Shown piece by piece: positions 9,415 through 19,014 of a DNA stretch of 32,000 nucleotides. Location: positions 89,588 to 121,587 of the forward strand of contig NC_006139.1 in the NCBI RefSeq assembly GCF_000025945.1. Reading direction: 5' to 3'. Both the position numbers and the translations under genes were made by a program. The DNA comes from Desulfotalea psychrophila LSv54 (GTDB lineage Bacteria; Desulfobacterota; Desulfobulbia; Desulfobulbales; Desulfocapsaceae). The notes below the pieces were generated by a model. The model was given only the letters and a program-made list of their open reading frames with translations, was not told the DNA's origin and ran no database searches. Within the stretch, counting starts at the first letter, position 1; each line of letters begins with the position of its first letter.

Positions 9415-10581
9415 TTATATCACCCGCATCCGACGCAGAACTCGGCCAGCCAGTCTTTTCACCTTGCCAGCCCTTCTACGCCACAGCGGAGTTGGCCGCA
9501 TATAGCGTTTCATTACTTTTTCAAAAGGAAGAGTGTTCAAGTCGCTGAAAAATGCTTCACGACGCGCCCCCGGTGCAACCGAACCGCAAATACAAGGGTT
9601 CGACTGAATTGCCACGTTCAAATCCGCATCATGTACCGTGATATCCTGCCGACAGGCATCAAAGGCACTCTTTCCCTTTTCCGTCTGGACGATAACCAGC
9701 GAAGTTCCCCGATCATCATCCCACTCCGGATGATGTGTCCCGACACCCCAGAAATCAGCCAATGAAATATCTGCAACTCTGGGCAGACGCGAAAAATTGC
9801 ACGCATGGCATGACGGGCGCAAGTATGTATTGGATAAAAAACCGATCATGAATGCATCTTCGTTCAAAACACGGCGATACTCTGTATCGTTGTCGAATGA
9901 CAAGGATACAGAGAATCGCTTCCAGCCAAAATTCTTTCGTCTGAAAGCGATTCTCTGCGCTTTCGCGCCATGCTGGCGCTCAAGCTCGGCACGGTACGCC
10001 GCAAAAACTTTCGGAGAAGGCACACCGTGGCATACAACATCACAGGTAAGGAGATTATCATACTCTTTGCGGAGAAAAGCATACAGTCCGGCTATCTGGC
10101 ACGGGGTGCCTGAAAACAAAACCTGCCGACCCTGCTTGAGATATTTCCGGGCCTCCTGATACGCAGTACCGATGGTACTCTGCAAATATTTTGACCCCCG
10201 CAATGCCTGCCCTTCCACCTCATTGTGAGCGGCTTGATGACAGAGAGTCATGGAATCATCAAATGCAGCACCAAAAACGACCCCGTTTTGTTCAAAGGTG
10301 CACTGCATAAGAGCATTGAAAACCCCCCCAGAGGAACTGTCCGCACGAACATCCTCATTCCGATTCCACGCGGCAAAGGCTACCGAATCCCCTTCCTGCC
10401 GAGGAGGATTGATTACAGGACACACCGATTCGCAAAGCCCGCATTCAGGACAAAGAGATTCATCAACCATCGGATAAAGAAACCCCTCTGTATCGGGAAG
10501 CATCTGTATACATTTAGCCGGACATATAGACAGACACGCATGACAGCCGCAGCAGTCTTCTTTTGTATTTAGATGAATCAT
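9415..10581 (-). CDS. Coenzyme F420 hydrogenase/dehydrogenase beta-subunit-like protein with N-terminal 4Fe-4S ferredoxin domain
   Basis: Start inferred at ATG 10581 (MIHLNTKEDCCGCHACLSICP...) rather than the track start at 10746. Two CxxCxxCxxxCP clusters ('CCGCHACLSICP', 'CPECGLCESVCP'), plus 'VLFSGTPCQIAGLYAFLRKEYDNLLTCDVVCHGVPSPKVF' and 'DISLADFWGV'. Confidence 0.88.
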   Translation of the reverse strand: MIHLNTKEDCCGCHACLSICPAKCIQMLPDTEGFLYPMVDESLCPECGLCESVCPVINPPRQEGDSVAFAAWNRNEDVRADSSSGGVFNALMQCTFEQNGVVFGAAFDDSMTLCHQAAHNEVEGQALRGSKYLQSTIGTAYQEARKYLKQGRQVLFSGTPCQIAGLYAFLRKEYDNLLTCDVVCHGVPSPKVFAAYRAELERQHGAKAQRIAFRRKNFGWKRFSVSLSFDNDTEYRRVLNEDAFMIGFLSNTYLRPSCHACNFSRLPRVADISLADFWGVGTHHPEWDDDRGTSLVIVQTEKGKSAFDACRQDITVHDADLNVAIQSNPCICGSVAPGARREAFFSDLNTLPFEKVMKRYMRPTPLWRRRAGKVKRLAGRVLRRMRVI

Positions 10582-11035
10582 TGTAAATCCATAGTGGGCA
10601 GAATCATTGAAATCGCTAAAAAACGTATAAGTGTTTGCCTGGGTCTCTGAGACAAACAAGTGCTTAATTTTCATACTTAAAAACATGTTTTCGGCGTCAG
10701 GATACACCCATTCCGCCCAAAACAGCCATTTCCAACACATATCCATCCGATATCAAAAACAAAAACTCAAAAACGAACGGTAAGCCGGGCTTTATCCAAC
10801 CTTTTGAGATGACTGCGTGGAGGAAATAGTTCAACTCAGCCAGTGAGATTCCTCATTCTCCCGCTAATTGCCTCTGGCTGACGTTGATGGCCAGACGACG
10901 GCAGCTGGCAAGGCATTTCGTCTGCAAGAGCAGGCATGGAGGTTTTCGATATTTTTAGTTAGGAAATTGGCTCGTGGCTGAAGCTTAATGGATCTGTAAA
11001 TCTTGCAACTACTACTGAACAAATTCTCAAATTGG

Positions 11036-11047
11036 CACGCTACCGCC
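11036..11047 (-). promoter_or_regulatory. ops-like element (RfaH recruitment/pause site core)
   Basis: Minus strand reads GGCGGTAGCGTG (+ strand cacgctaccgcc). This is identical to the core of the enterobacterial ops/JUMPstart element and sits just downstream of an RfaH/NusG-paralogue gene. Confidence 0.7.
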
Positions 11048-11051
11048 ATTT

Positions 11052-11072
11052 GGGTGAACATTGCGTTCACCC
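11052..11072 (-). promoter_or_regulatory. Perfect 8-bp inverted repeat (hairpin) immediately upstream of the ops-like element in the transcribed direction
   Basis: + strand GGGTGAAC-ATTGC-GTTCACCC. No T-run follows in either direction, so it does not look like a classical intrinsic terminator. Confidence 0.6.
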
Positions 11073-11159
11073 GTTGAAGACTTACACTAATCTTACGTTT
11101 AAGTGATCGTTTAGTAAAGGAAAAAAAACTTTATTATTAGGCCAATGAACGATCAGCTT

Positions 11160-11711
11160 TCAATCAATCTTGATGCGATCTAACGACACCGTGGTTTTAA
11201 CCTGTCGACTGAGGATATTGAGTAAGACATCCACATTCTCACTTCCCCGAATGGAGTAAACTACAGCCTCAACACTTTCTAAACCAGGGATATTGACTGT
11301 GACGACAGAGCCGGGTGTCAGGTTTTCTTTTATGAGGTCTTTTGCTAGGATAGAGAGGCCTTTATCTTCTCGGGCTTTAAGGTCGCTTATCACCCAACCA
11401 GGGATCTCGATATAGCTATCTCCAAAACACAGTGCCCCAAGTGAACCACGGGTTGAAGCTATTGCAGTCCAGTTTTGTTCTGCCGGGGCAAGGTTGAGAA
11501 AAAGGTAACCAGGGAAAAAGGCAACAAGCTTTTCAGTAGTGCTTCTCGCGTGATGGACAGTTTTGCGAAGCAGGGGTAGGTACACAGTATACCCCTGTCG
11601 TTGATAGTTGAATTTGGCGACCTCTTCTTTTTTGTTCTTGGTACGAATTGCATACCAATGACCTTCAGTTTCGTTATCTCTCATCATGTTTATCAATTGC
11701 TCCCTCTCCAT
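11160..11711 (-). CDS. rfaH: NusG paralogue, RfaH-like transcription antitermination factor
   Basis: 'GHWYAIRTKNKKEEVAKFNYQRQGYTVYLPLLRKTV', 'LVAFFPGYLFLNL', 'TRGSLGALCFGDSYIEIP', 'GSENVDVLLNILSRQVKTTVSLDRIKI' match the NusG N-terminal and KOW-region layout of RfaH-type proteins. Start taken at the second Met (MEREQL, 11711); the track extends to 11741. The symbol denotes similarity only. Confidence 0.82.
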   Translation of the reverse strand: MEREQLINMMRDNETEGHWYAIRTKNKKEEVAKFNYQRQGYTVYLPLLRKTVHHARSTTEKLVAFFPGYLFLNLAPAEQNWTAIASTRGSLGALCFGDSYIEIPGWVISDLKAREDKGLSILAKDLIKENLTPGSVVTVNIPGLESVEAVVYSIRGSENVDVLLNILSRQVKTTVSLDRIKID

Positions 11712-11784
11712 GGTTAAGATGTTGGGTCCCCATCCGGGCATAGAGGATCAAGGTATTTTTTGCAACCCGCTCGGCGGTTCCCAT

Positions 11785-13041
11785 CTAAGCCACACCCCCT
11801 TTACTTTTTTCGATCTGCTTAGGGCCAGATCCAACGAGGCTGATCAGCACGGTAAAAATGAGAGCATTGGCCGGAATATGCAGATTAAAATCGACAGAGG
11901 AGTGACAGGCAATTGCCAGCAGCCCAGCCAGAGCAGCCAAGGTGAATCCCCAGGTTTGTCGGCTAGCCTCTTTTATTTTCCTACAAGCTTGTTTAGCAAC
12001 AGTGAGTAAAGCCCAAAGGATAATCAGCACTACGGGCAGACCAAGTTCGGCGATGAACTGCAGATAGTCGTTATGGGCATAGTAGAAGCGGGCACTGGTT
12101 CCCGGTAGTTGAAACTGGGTAAAGATGGTGGCGAAGGAGCCGGGGCCAGAGCCTATGAAGGGGTGGGCCGCAATCATTTTATAGACGCCCTGCCAGGTGT
12201 GGCTGCGACCATTCAGCCCGGCAACTGTCTCCTGATCGGTAAGGGAGAGCAGACGTTCGAGGATGTCGGAGCCGGCCAGGATAAAAATCGAGAGGAGGAG
12301 GGTGAAGGAGATGATGAGCAGGAGAAGCTTTTTCGCTCTAAAGCGCTTTTGGCCAAGAAGAACAGTTGCCATAAAGAGGAGGGAGAGGGCAAGGGCTAGC
12401 CAGCCACCCCGGGAGAGGGTGGCGATATGGGCAGCTAGCAAAATCAAGCTGATCAGCAACAGGGCAAAAAAGCTTACGCCCCTTCTCGTTCGAGTGAGAA
12501 AAAGGCAGAGGCTCAAGGGAATAACCATCTCCAGATAGCCCGCCAAATGGTTATGATTGCCGTAGGTACTGGTTATAAATGTATCATGCTGAAGATAGTC
12601 CCACCAGGGGAAGGGCTTGTAGCCAAGCATCTTAAAAAAACCAAAGATAGAGAGGAAAATCCCCAGCCCAATGAGCAAACAGACCAGCATCCGCTCCTTC
12701 TTACGGCTATCGATCAGATGGATCACTGAGTAGTATAAGAGGATATAGGTAAAGAGCAGCATCAGGGCATCGACGCCAACACCTTTTAGCGGAGAGAGGG
12801 CAAAGCTGAGCAGGGTCCAGAGAATCAGGGCCAGAATGGGATAGAAGAGAGGGGTTGGAATAAAGAGAGCTCTGTTGCTGCTGGTAACTTTTAGGAAGGT
12901 GAAGTAGCTGGTGATAATAACAAGAATCTGCAGAGTCGATTGGGCCCAGGGAGAGACGCTGCCCCGGGCGAGGGGGGCAAAGAGGAGTAGGGCAAAGAGA
13001 GAGGCCATGGCAAGAGAGTCATAGATTTGCTGACGGTTCAT
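11785..13041 (-). CDS. O-antigen ligase/polymerase family membrane protein (Wzy/WaaL-like)
   Basis: 418 aa multi-pass; 'TYGNHNHLAGYLEMVIPLSL', 'LNGRSHTWQGVYKMIAAHPFIGSGPGSFATIFTQF', 'YYAHNDYLQFIAELGLPVVLI' fit the Wzy_C / O-antigen ligase domain. Confidence 0.92.
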   Translation of the reverse strand: MNRQQIYDSLAMASLFALLLFAPLARGSVSPWAQSTLQILVIITSYFTFLKVTSSNRALFIPTPLFYPILALILWTLLSFALSPLKGVGVDALMLLFTYILLYYSVIHLIDSRKKERMLVCLLIGLGIFLSIFGFFKMLGYKPFPWWDYLQHDTFITSTYGNHNHLAGYLEMVIPLSLCLFLTRTRRGVSFFALLLISLILLAAHIATLSRGGWLALALSLLFMATVLLGQKRFRAKKLLLLIISFTLLLSIFILAGSDILERLLSLTDQETVAGLNGRSHTWQGVYKMIAAHPFIGSGPGSFATIFTQFQLPGTSARFYYAHNDYLQFIAELGLPVVLIILWALLTVAKQACRKIKEASRQTWGFTLAALAGLLAIACHSSVDFNLHIPANALIFTVLISLVGSGPKQIEKSKGGVA

Positions 13042-14624
13042 GATCTCCTCCTGAGCTGGGCCAACTGTTTCTGGTACCTTGCGTTGCCAGGCTCCAGAAC
13101 AACTGCTCTCTCTGCATACTCTCTGGCAAGCTCATCGTTTTTGCCGGCCTGATAGGCCAGGGAGATCTGAAACAGAAAGCCTGGTACTTCGGGTTTAAGC
13201 CTGCTTGCCTCTTGCCAGTCAGCAATGGCAGCACTGTACTTTTTTTGGGCATAACGAATCCAGCCACGTTTATTGAAATACCAGGGGTTTGGCCTCAGGC
13301 TTGTGGTAAGGACCTCATTCATGGCCGCTTCGGCCTGGGGATATTTCTTCTGCTGCTCAAGAGACCTGGCAAAAAGGTAGTGGTATTCAGGCCTTGTCCT
13401 ATCTTCAACAACTGCTTTCTGGGCGGCAAGCTCCATCCGATCCCAATCCTTCTGCTCACTGTAGATACGGGCAAGACAGTAGTAGCTCTCGCCAGCATAG
13501 CGACCTGTGGTCAGCCGCTGAAAACGGGCAATGGCAAGTTCGGGTTGGCCGCTATACATCAGACTTTTACCAAGGTAGATATCGGTTATTGCTGGCAACT
13601 CTCTCTCCTGCCCGGCTCTTTTAACAAAGAGAAAAAAATCTGTCTCCCGTTTTACCCCGTGATAACTGTTAAATATCTGCTCAATAGCGCTGTTTTTGTT
13701 CTCGTTCTGACGAAAGGCCTCTAAAAAATAGCTTATCGCTTTAGAGGTATCTTCTATCTGCAGGGCCAGGCGTCCCGCCTGAAGGTACAGGTTAGGGCTG
13801 TTCCGTTGATAGGGGAATGCCAATTGCTGCTCACAATAGCTGAGGGCGGTGGGGAAATCTTTTCGTTCAAGCGCGATGTTTCGCAATACGCCAAGGGCAT
13901 CACCTCTTAAATTTGTGCTCGTACTTGCCTGCAAAGCTCCCCGCTCCACCGCTGAACGAAGAGAGTCCGTATAGAAGTCCTCTTTTCTCAGCTTATAAAA
14001 GAGGAAGGGAGCGATTGCCATAAGCTGCTCAATCTCAGTCAACATTTGACTCTGCATCCCCCTCTCGGCAAGATAGAGAATAAAAGCGTAGGCTCGTGAC
14101 GCTGAGTTGGGGCGAAGCTGTTGGGCTTTTGCAAAGATGGGCAGGGCATCATAGAGCTGTTGCCTATCACTTCGGCGGGATAAAGATTGCAAAGCTGCCA
14201 GAGTTGAGGCCCAGCCGGCCATAGCAGTGGAGTCATAGGGGTTCAAATCTACCGCCTGCTTATAGGCCCGAGCCGAGTTCTCCAGCTCTTTTTTAAAAAG
14301 AGAGAGAGAGTTGGCATTGGCCGCAAGTCTGAAATAGAGCTGCCCCTTCACTGTTTCGATTCTGTGAAGATCGTCTGCAAAGAGGGTGATGCCTGCAGAG
14401 TGAAACGGCAGATAGTGTAGAGAGAGGTTCAATTTGGCTAAAGCTTTATCAAGAGATGGACGCTCCAACAGGGTCAGAGCACTCTGATAGTGCCAGCGGG
14501 AAAAGCTGAGCATAGCGAGTATCCCGAGCATGGCCAGAACCAGCACGTTTGCCAGCTTAAGGCCTCTCTTGCCCCACTCACTCGCCATAATAGGCACTGG
14601 GATAACCATAGTAGCTGCTTTCAC
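13038..14624 (-). CDS. Tetratricopeptide-repeat protein of the exopolysaccharide operon
   Basis: N-terminal TM segment and repeated TPR-like helices, e.g. 'ALSYCEQQLAFPYQRNSPNLYLQAGRLALQIEDTSKAISYFLEAFRQN' and 'NPWYFNKRGWIRYAQKKYSAAIADWQEASRLKP'; 4-nt overlap with the downstream ligase gene. Confidence 0.85.
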   Translation of the reverse strand: MKAATMVIPVPIMASEWGKRGLKLANVLVLAMLGILAMLSFSRWHYQSALTLLERPSLDKALAKLNLSLHYLPFHSAGITLFADDLHRIETVKGQLYFRLAANANSLSLFKKELENSARAYKQAVDLNPYDSTAMAGWASTLAALQSLSRRSDRQQLYDALPIFAKAQQLRPNSASRAYAFILYLAERGMQSQMLTEIEQLMAIAPFLFYKLRKEDFYTDSLRSAVERGALQASTSTNLRGDALGVLRNIALERKDFPTALSYCEQQLAFPYQRNSPNLYLQAGRLALQIEDTSKAISYFLEAFRQNENKNSAIEQIFNSYHGVKRETDFFLFVKRAGQERELPAITDIYLGKSLMYSGQPELAIARFQRLTTGRYAGESYYCLARIYSEQKDWDRMELAAQKAVVEDRTRPEYHYLFARSLEQQKKYPQAEAAMNEVLTTSLRPNPWYFNKRGWIRYAQKKYSAAIADWQEASRLKPEVPGFLFQISLAYQAGKNDELAREYAERAVVLEPGNARYQKQLAQLRRRS

Positions 14625-15339
14625 GGCTATCTGCCTGGTTCAACACAGCCCCCAGAACATTGGCACCCGAGCCCTCTATCCGAGTTAAGGCATCTTTGAG
14701 TGCCTTCTTATTGCCTCCCCCAAACTGAACAATCATCAAGGCGCCATCACAATATGGGCTCAACATCAAGGCATCACTGGCCGGCAACACCGGCGAGGTG
14801 TCCACAATCACCATATCATACCTCTGGCGACAGGCAGCAAAAATGGCCGAAAGCCCTTGAGCCCCAAAAAGGGCAAGAGGATTGGGGGGGATCGCTCCCG
14901 AGGGAAGCAAAAAGAGATTATCATACTCTGTGGCAATAACAGTCTGGGCAAGACTCTCCATAAGATGCTCACTCTCCAGAAGGGTTTGCCCCAAGGTTTC
15001 ACTGATCAATGAGGAGAGCCCGAACCTGGGTTTAACTTTTCCCGAGCAAAAGCAGGTCGTCAGACCTGGCCTTCGCAAATCAGCATCCACCATCAGAACT
15101 GACTGCCCCATCTGGGCCATGGTGCGGGCGAGATTGGCAACGGTGGTAGATTTTCCCTCCCCCGGCAAAGCGCTGGTCACCAAGAGCACCTGCAACTTTT
15201 TATCAAGGCTGGCAAAGTGGAGATTGGTTCGTAAAGTTCGATAGGATTCGGCATACCGCGATTTAACAGAAAAATTACTCAACAGTGCCTTGACACCGCT
15301 ATCTGTTTTACTCTCAGCTCTCTTCTGGAAAAACATCAA
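14578..15339 (-). CDS. Tyrosine-protein kinase, CpsD/CapB family (BY-kinase cytoplasmic domain)
   Basis: Walker A 'VTSALPGEGKSTTVANLARTMAQMGQSVLMVDADLRRPGL', Walker B 'YDMVIVDTSPVL', and C-terminal tyrosine cluster 'YYGYPSAYYGE'. Confidence 0.94.
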   Translation of the reverse strand: MMFFQKRAESKTDSGVKALLSNFSVKSRYAESYRTLRTNLHFASLDKKLQVLLVTSALPGEGKSTTVANLARTMAQMGQSVLMVDADLRRPGLTTCFCSGKVKPRFGLSSLISETLGQTLLESEHLMESLAQTVIATEYDNLFLLPSGAIPPNPLALFGAQGLSAIFAACRQRYDMVIVDTSPVLPASDALMLSPYCDGALMIVQFGGGNKKALKDALTRIEGSGANVLGAVLNQADSRESSYYGYPSAYYGE

Positions 15340-16862
15340 TAGCCCTCCTTCGAAGCATTCAGCATGTCAGTAGATGGCACTGTGGCGAGAACCGGAATAT
15401 CCAAATAGGTACGAAGATCATCTTCGGTGCGGATGGATTGGTCAAAGTACTCCAGTAAAAAGGCAAGGCCTATACCACCAAAGAGCCCCAGCACCAGGGC
15501 AAGCAGCAGATTCTTCCGCTTATTTGGCGAAACTGGAGCCACCGGAACCGAAGAGTACTCTACCACCCTGATATTAGAAGAAGTTCCCGAAGAGAGGAGG
15601 TTTGACTCCTTAATTTTAGAGACCAAGGTGTCATAGAGACTCTGACTGGTGGTCAGGTTACGTTGCAAAATGGTATAGCGCAACTCTTTGCCACTGGCGT
15701 CCACTGCCTCATCCTCAAACTGGGCAACATTTTCCTCCATGATCTGCTCTTTACTCAGGAGAATGGCCCGTTCGGTTTTTAAATTTTCTAACTCTTTCTT
15801 CAACTCAATTCTAATTTTGAACCGATTTTTGCTGATCTCACTATCAATCTGAACCATCTTTGGATGCTTAGACTTATAGACTTTGGTTAGGCGGGTACGT
15901 TGCAACTCAAGGCGAGTGAGATTCTCAGAGATGGCATCAATGGAGGGATTACCCAGCAAGGAGCGGATATGGGTAATATCTCCGGAAGAGGCCGCAAGAC
16001 GCTTGATCTCGGCAAGTTTAGCATCAATCTCCTGACGCTTATTACGCGCTTCCAGATATTGATCATTAAACTCCTCAATTTTATGGCCAATTTCCTGCTG
16101 CTTGCCATCAATTGAGAACAACTTACTCACCTGTTTGAAGTCGTGGAACTTCTGTTCACCATCTTCAAGTCGCTTTTTCAGTTGATAGAGTTGGCCATTC
16201 ATCCACTCCAGATTCTCTTTGGATGACGAGAGCCGACTCTCCATATCAAACTCGATATACTCCCTGGCAAGGGTATTGGCGAGACGGCTGGCCAATACCG
16301 GATCGGTATTTTCGGCACTGATGGTCAAGAGCCGGGTGTCACGCACCTGCTCAATGGTGATAAGGTCTTGAATTTGCTTTACCAGAGAGGCCAGCTTCTC
16401 ATCTTCGCTCAGCTCACTGGCTTCGCCATCCTGCTCCGGGGAGAATCGGGCCAGGAGCAGTTTAATGTTGGCCTTAATCTGTTGCTTGATTCTGGCAAGC
16501 GGTGAGGCGATAACATCCTCCTCTTTCTCATCCAGCTTAAGTTTTTTAACCAGAGCTAACACCACCGGTTTAGAGTGGATCAGCTTAAAGTGGGTATTAA
16601 AGGTGAGTAACTGGGACGCATAGCTCGAATTGTCAATACGCTCGCCTGTCAGGGGCGAAGAGGTCTGCTCCTTATCAATCACGAGGTTGGCCGTGGCCTG
16701 GTATACCGGTTTCATCATAAAACTCGCCGCCATCACCAGAACCACTGTCACCAGCAAAAACAGGAGAATCAGCCGCTTGCGCTTAACAAGAATTTGAATG
16801 TAATCAGAAAGATGAATCTCTTCTTCAAACTCATTTATTGAATTTTGCACAATACCCCACAA
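15336..16862 (-). CDS. Polysaccharide chain-length determinant protein (Wzz/GumC family)
   Basis: 508 aa; 'IHLSDYIQILVKRKRLILLFLLVTVVLVMAASFMMKPVYQATANLVI', coiled-coil centre, C-terminal 'VVEYSSVPVAPVSPNKRKNLLLALVLGLFGGIGLAFLLEYFDQSI'; 4-nt overlap with the kinase gene. Confidence 0.94.
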   Translation of the reverse strand: MWGIVQNSINEFEEEIHLSDYIQILVKRKRLILLFLLVTVVLVMAASFMMKPVYQATANLVIDKEQTSSPLTGERIDNSSYASQLLTFNTHFKLIHSKPVVLALVKKLKLDEKEEDVIASPLARIKQQIKANIKLLLARFSPEQDGEASELSEDEKLASLVKQIQDLITIEQVRDTRLLTISAENTDPVLASRLANTLAREYIEFDMESRLSSSKENLEWMNGQLYQLKKRLEDGEQKFHDFKQVSKLFSIDGKQQEIGHKIEEFNDQYLEARNKRQEIDAKLAEIKRLAASSGDITHIRSLLGNPSIDAISENLTRLELQRTRLTKVYKSKHPKMVQIDSEISKNRFKIRIELKKELENLKTERAILLSKEQIMEENVAQFEDEAVDASGKELRYTILQRNLTTSQSLYDTLVSKIKESNLLSSGTSSNIRVVEYSSVPVAPVSPNKRKNLLLALVLGLFGGIGLAFLLEYFDQSIRTEDDLRTYLDIPVLATVPSTDMLNASKEGY

Positions 16863-16879
16863 ACCTTTTCGTTAATCTC

Positions 16880-17737
16880 TTAGAACCAGGATTCTGGAAC
16901 ATTCAATCTATCGCCGGGCTGCAGGGGATAATCTGGGATTTTCCCATCCACTACATCCTCTAGATTGACCTTAATAACCTTCTGCTTATTATTTTCAGTT
17001 CGAACAATTATAGCTCGGTTGGGCGCTGCATAATCATCAAATCCACCGGCCATTAAACAGATACTCAGGGCGGTTAGGCCTGGCTGGTACTCCTGCAGGC
17101 CCGGATTTTTAATGCGCCCTCCCACGTAGACCATAGAGTCGCCTTGACGAAGCCCTTTAGCCAAGGGGATATAGATTGAATCTCCAGTCTCAAGCCGAAG
17201 ATTCCCACTCATATCGCCTTCGTCGAGCAGCTTGGTCAGGTTCACCTTAAGGGGTTTGCTCTCTTTGTCTCCCCGGTTGCTTTCGCGCATCACATAGGCC
17301 AGAGAACCACGTTCACTGGTGACACCTCCGGCCTTGGCGATCAACTCCATCACCGTTGTTGCAGACTGCATCTTGTATTTCCCTGCCTTGGTCACCGCGC
17401 CCGAAATGGTGTAGTGCAGGCTGTGATAGCCATCTACTTGGATAATCACTTGGGGGTTGATGAAATAGTCTTTTGCCAGCTTGGTATAGAGTCTCTTTTC
17501 AAGGTCACTGGGCGTTGCTCCAGCGGCATGGATACTGCCCACAAAAGGGGCATTTATCTTGCCGCTATCTGAAACGGTTAAGGCGACCTGGACCTGCTCC
17601 TCTCCTCCTGCAAAAACTGAGACACTGATGATGTCACCAGCGCCGAGCTTGTATCCCAAAGAAGCTTGGGCCGAACTGCTCCAGATAACGATGAGCAGTA
17701 AAACGATGAGATCTCTTTTCATATAGAGCCAGTGCAT
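16880..17737 (-). CDS. Polysaccharide export protein (Wza-like, Poly_export + SLBB)
   Basis: 'LGYKLGAGDIISVSVFAGGEEQVQVALTVSDSGKINAPFVGSIHAAG', 'YFINPQVIIQVDGYHSLHYTISGAVTKAGKYKM', 'GDSIYIPLAKG'. The true start may be the internal Met at 17722. Confidence 0.94.
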   Translation of the reverse strand: MHWLYMKRDLIVLLLIVIWSSSAQASLGYKLGAGDIISVSVFAGGEEQVQVALTVSDSGKINAPFVGSIHAAGATPSDLEKRLYTKLAKDYFINPQVIIQVDGYHSLHYTISGAVTKAGKYKMQSATTVMELIAKAGGVTSERGSLAYVMRESNRGDKESKPLKVNLTKLLDEGDMSGNLRLETGDSIYIPLAKGLRQGDSMVYVGGRIKNPGLQEYQPGLTALSICLMAGGFDDYAAPNRAIIVRTENNKQKVIKVNLEDVVDGKIPDYPLQPGDRLNVPESWF

Positions 17738-17742
17738 ACGCG

Positions 17743-18947
17743 TTAAAAATTATAATCGAGGCTTATTATGCCAAAGGTGTTTTGGTAAGACATGCCGGTT
17801 GCATTTGAGTCCCGATCTTCATAGCCTATTTCTAGGCTTACTATTAAATTCTGCAGTAGATCATAGCCAACAACAGCAGCTATTTTATAGGTGTTGTCAT
17901 CTCTATCGGTGTTGTTATCACCGTTATATACGTCATAAGCAGAGTTTTGGTAATACCCTTTAAGGGTGCTTGTTAATTTTTCCATGAACCGATAGCCCGC
18001 ATTCATGTTTAAACGAGTTGCCAGGTAATAGGAGTCGCCAGTTCCTGCATCATTGTAGTTCTGGGTCAGAGAGGTCAAAAAATGAAATTTGCGTTTTGTC
18101 GGATCTAAATCTGGTTTTTCCCCCTTCAGCGAAATGGCCCATGAGAAGCTGTCTCTATCCTCAACGGCAGCCTGATCAAAATTTCGTTTATGATAACCAC
18201 CGCCCACGTTAAATTGGAGATAATTGAAGTGGTACTGGTAGTTCAGCCAGACCTCGTTAGAGAGATAGTCACTGCTGTCTTCGCTATCGTAATCTCTGGC
18301 CCAAACGTCGTAGCTAATGAAAATTTTACTGTCACTGTTCAGGTGGTAGTTGAAGTCAAAGGTTCCCTTGTTTTGGATAGAGTCGGTGCCATCATCAGTA
18401 TAATCGGGATAGAGATTGCCATAGCCAGCTATGGCCGAAAATTTTTGGCCAAATTCATAATCCCAAACATCTCAAAATCATTGATCAGAAATTTTTCACG
18501 GTCTGTGGAGTTACTTAATTTATCGGCTTGGGCTGAATCTCGTGTGTAGTGGATTCGGTCGTAACCGTTGATGGCAAATCGATCTGTTACCTGCGAAGAG
18601 AGTGACAGGAAAGCTAGATATCCTAAATAGTTATCGTCACTTGCGCTTTTTACACCCGTTGGCCTACTGTCGAGGTTATCATAGATATACCCCTCTAGAA
18701 CGGCCATTCCTGTGATCTTGGTTTTGCCTGTATCGTAGACTGCCTCAATCCCAGGTCGAATTGTATAGGTCATCGTGCTGATTTCGTTATTTTCCGACAT
18801 CCAGAAGTTCGAGTCATATTGAGTTTCTACTTCAATGCTTGTGGTGATATCTGTTTTGGCAAAAGCAGGAGTTATTAAAAAAGAACTCAAACAGATAAAG
18901 AGACAAGATGACCCGAATGTTTTTGCAGAAACAATCTTTCTTTGCAT
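17743..18947 (-). pseudogene. Outer-membrane beta-barrel protein of the EPS operon, split by one frameshift near 18465
   Basis: 5' part from ATG 18947 (MQRKIVSAKTFGSSCLFICLSSFLITPAFAKTD signal peptide) reads in one frame to about 18465. The reading continues in another frame as '...DYEFGQKFSAIAGYGNLYPDYTDDGTDSIQNKGTFDFNYHLNSDSKIFISYDVWARDYDSEDSSDYLSNEVWLNYQYHFNYLQFNVGGGYHKRNFDQ' and joins the 17743..18207 ORF. Confidence 0.8.
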
Positions 18948-19014
18948 TGTGTATCCTCTTCCGTGTGTAATCAGGCAAAACAAGTGTAATTGCCACGGAC
19001 TATTAGCCAATTTT

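Noticed and set aside
11052-11072. The 8-bp hairpin as an intrinsic terminator ending the proximal operon
   Set aside because: The stem is strong but is not followed by a T-tract in the transcribed strand; instead it is followed by AAAT and the ops-like core.
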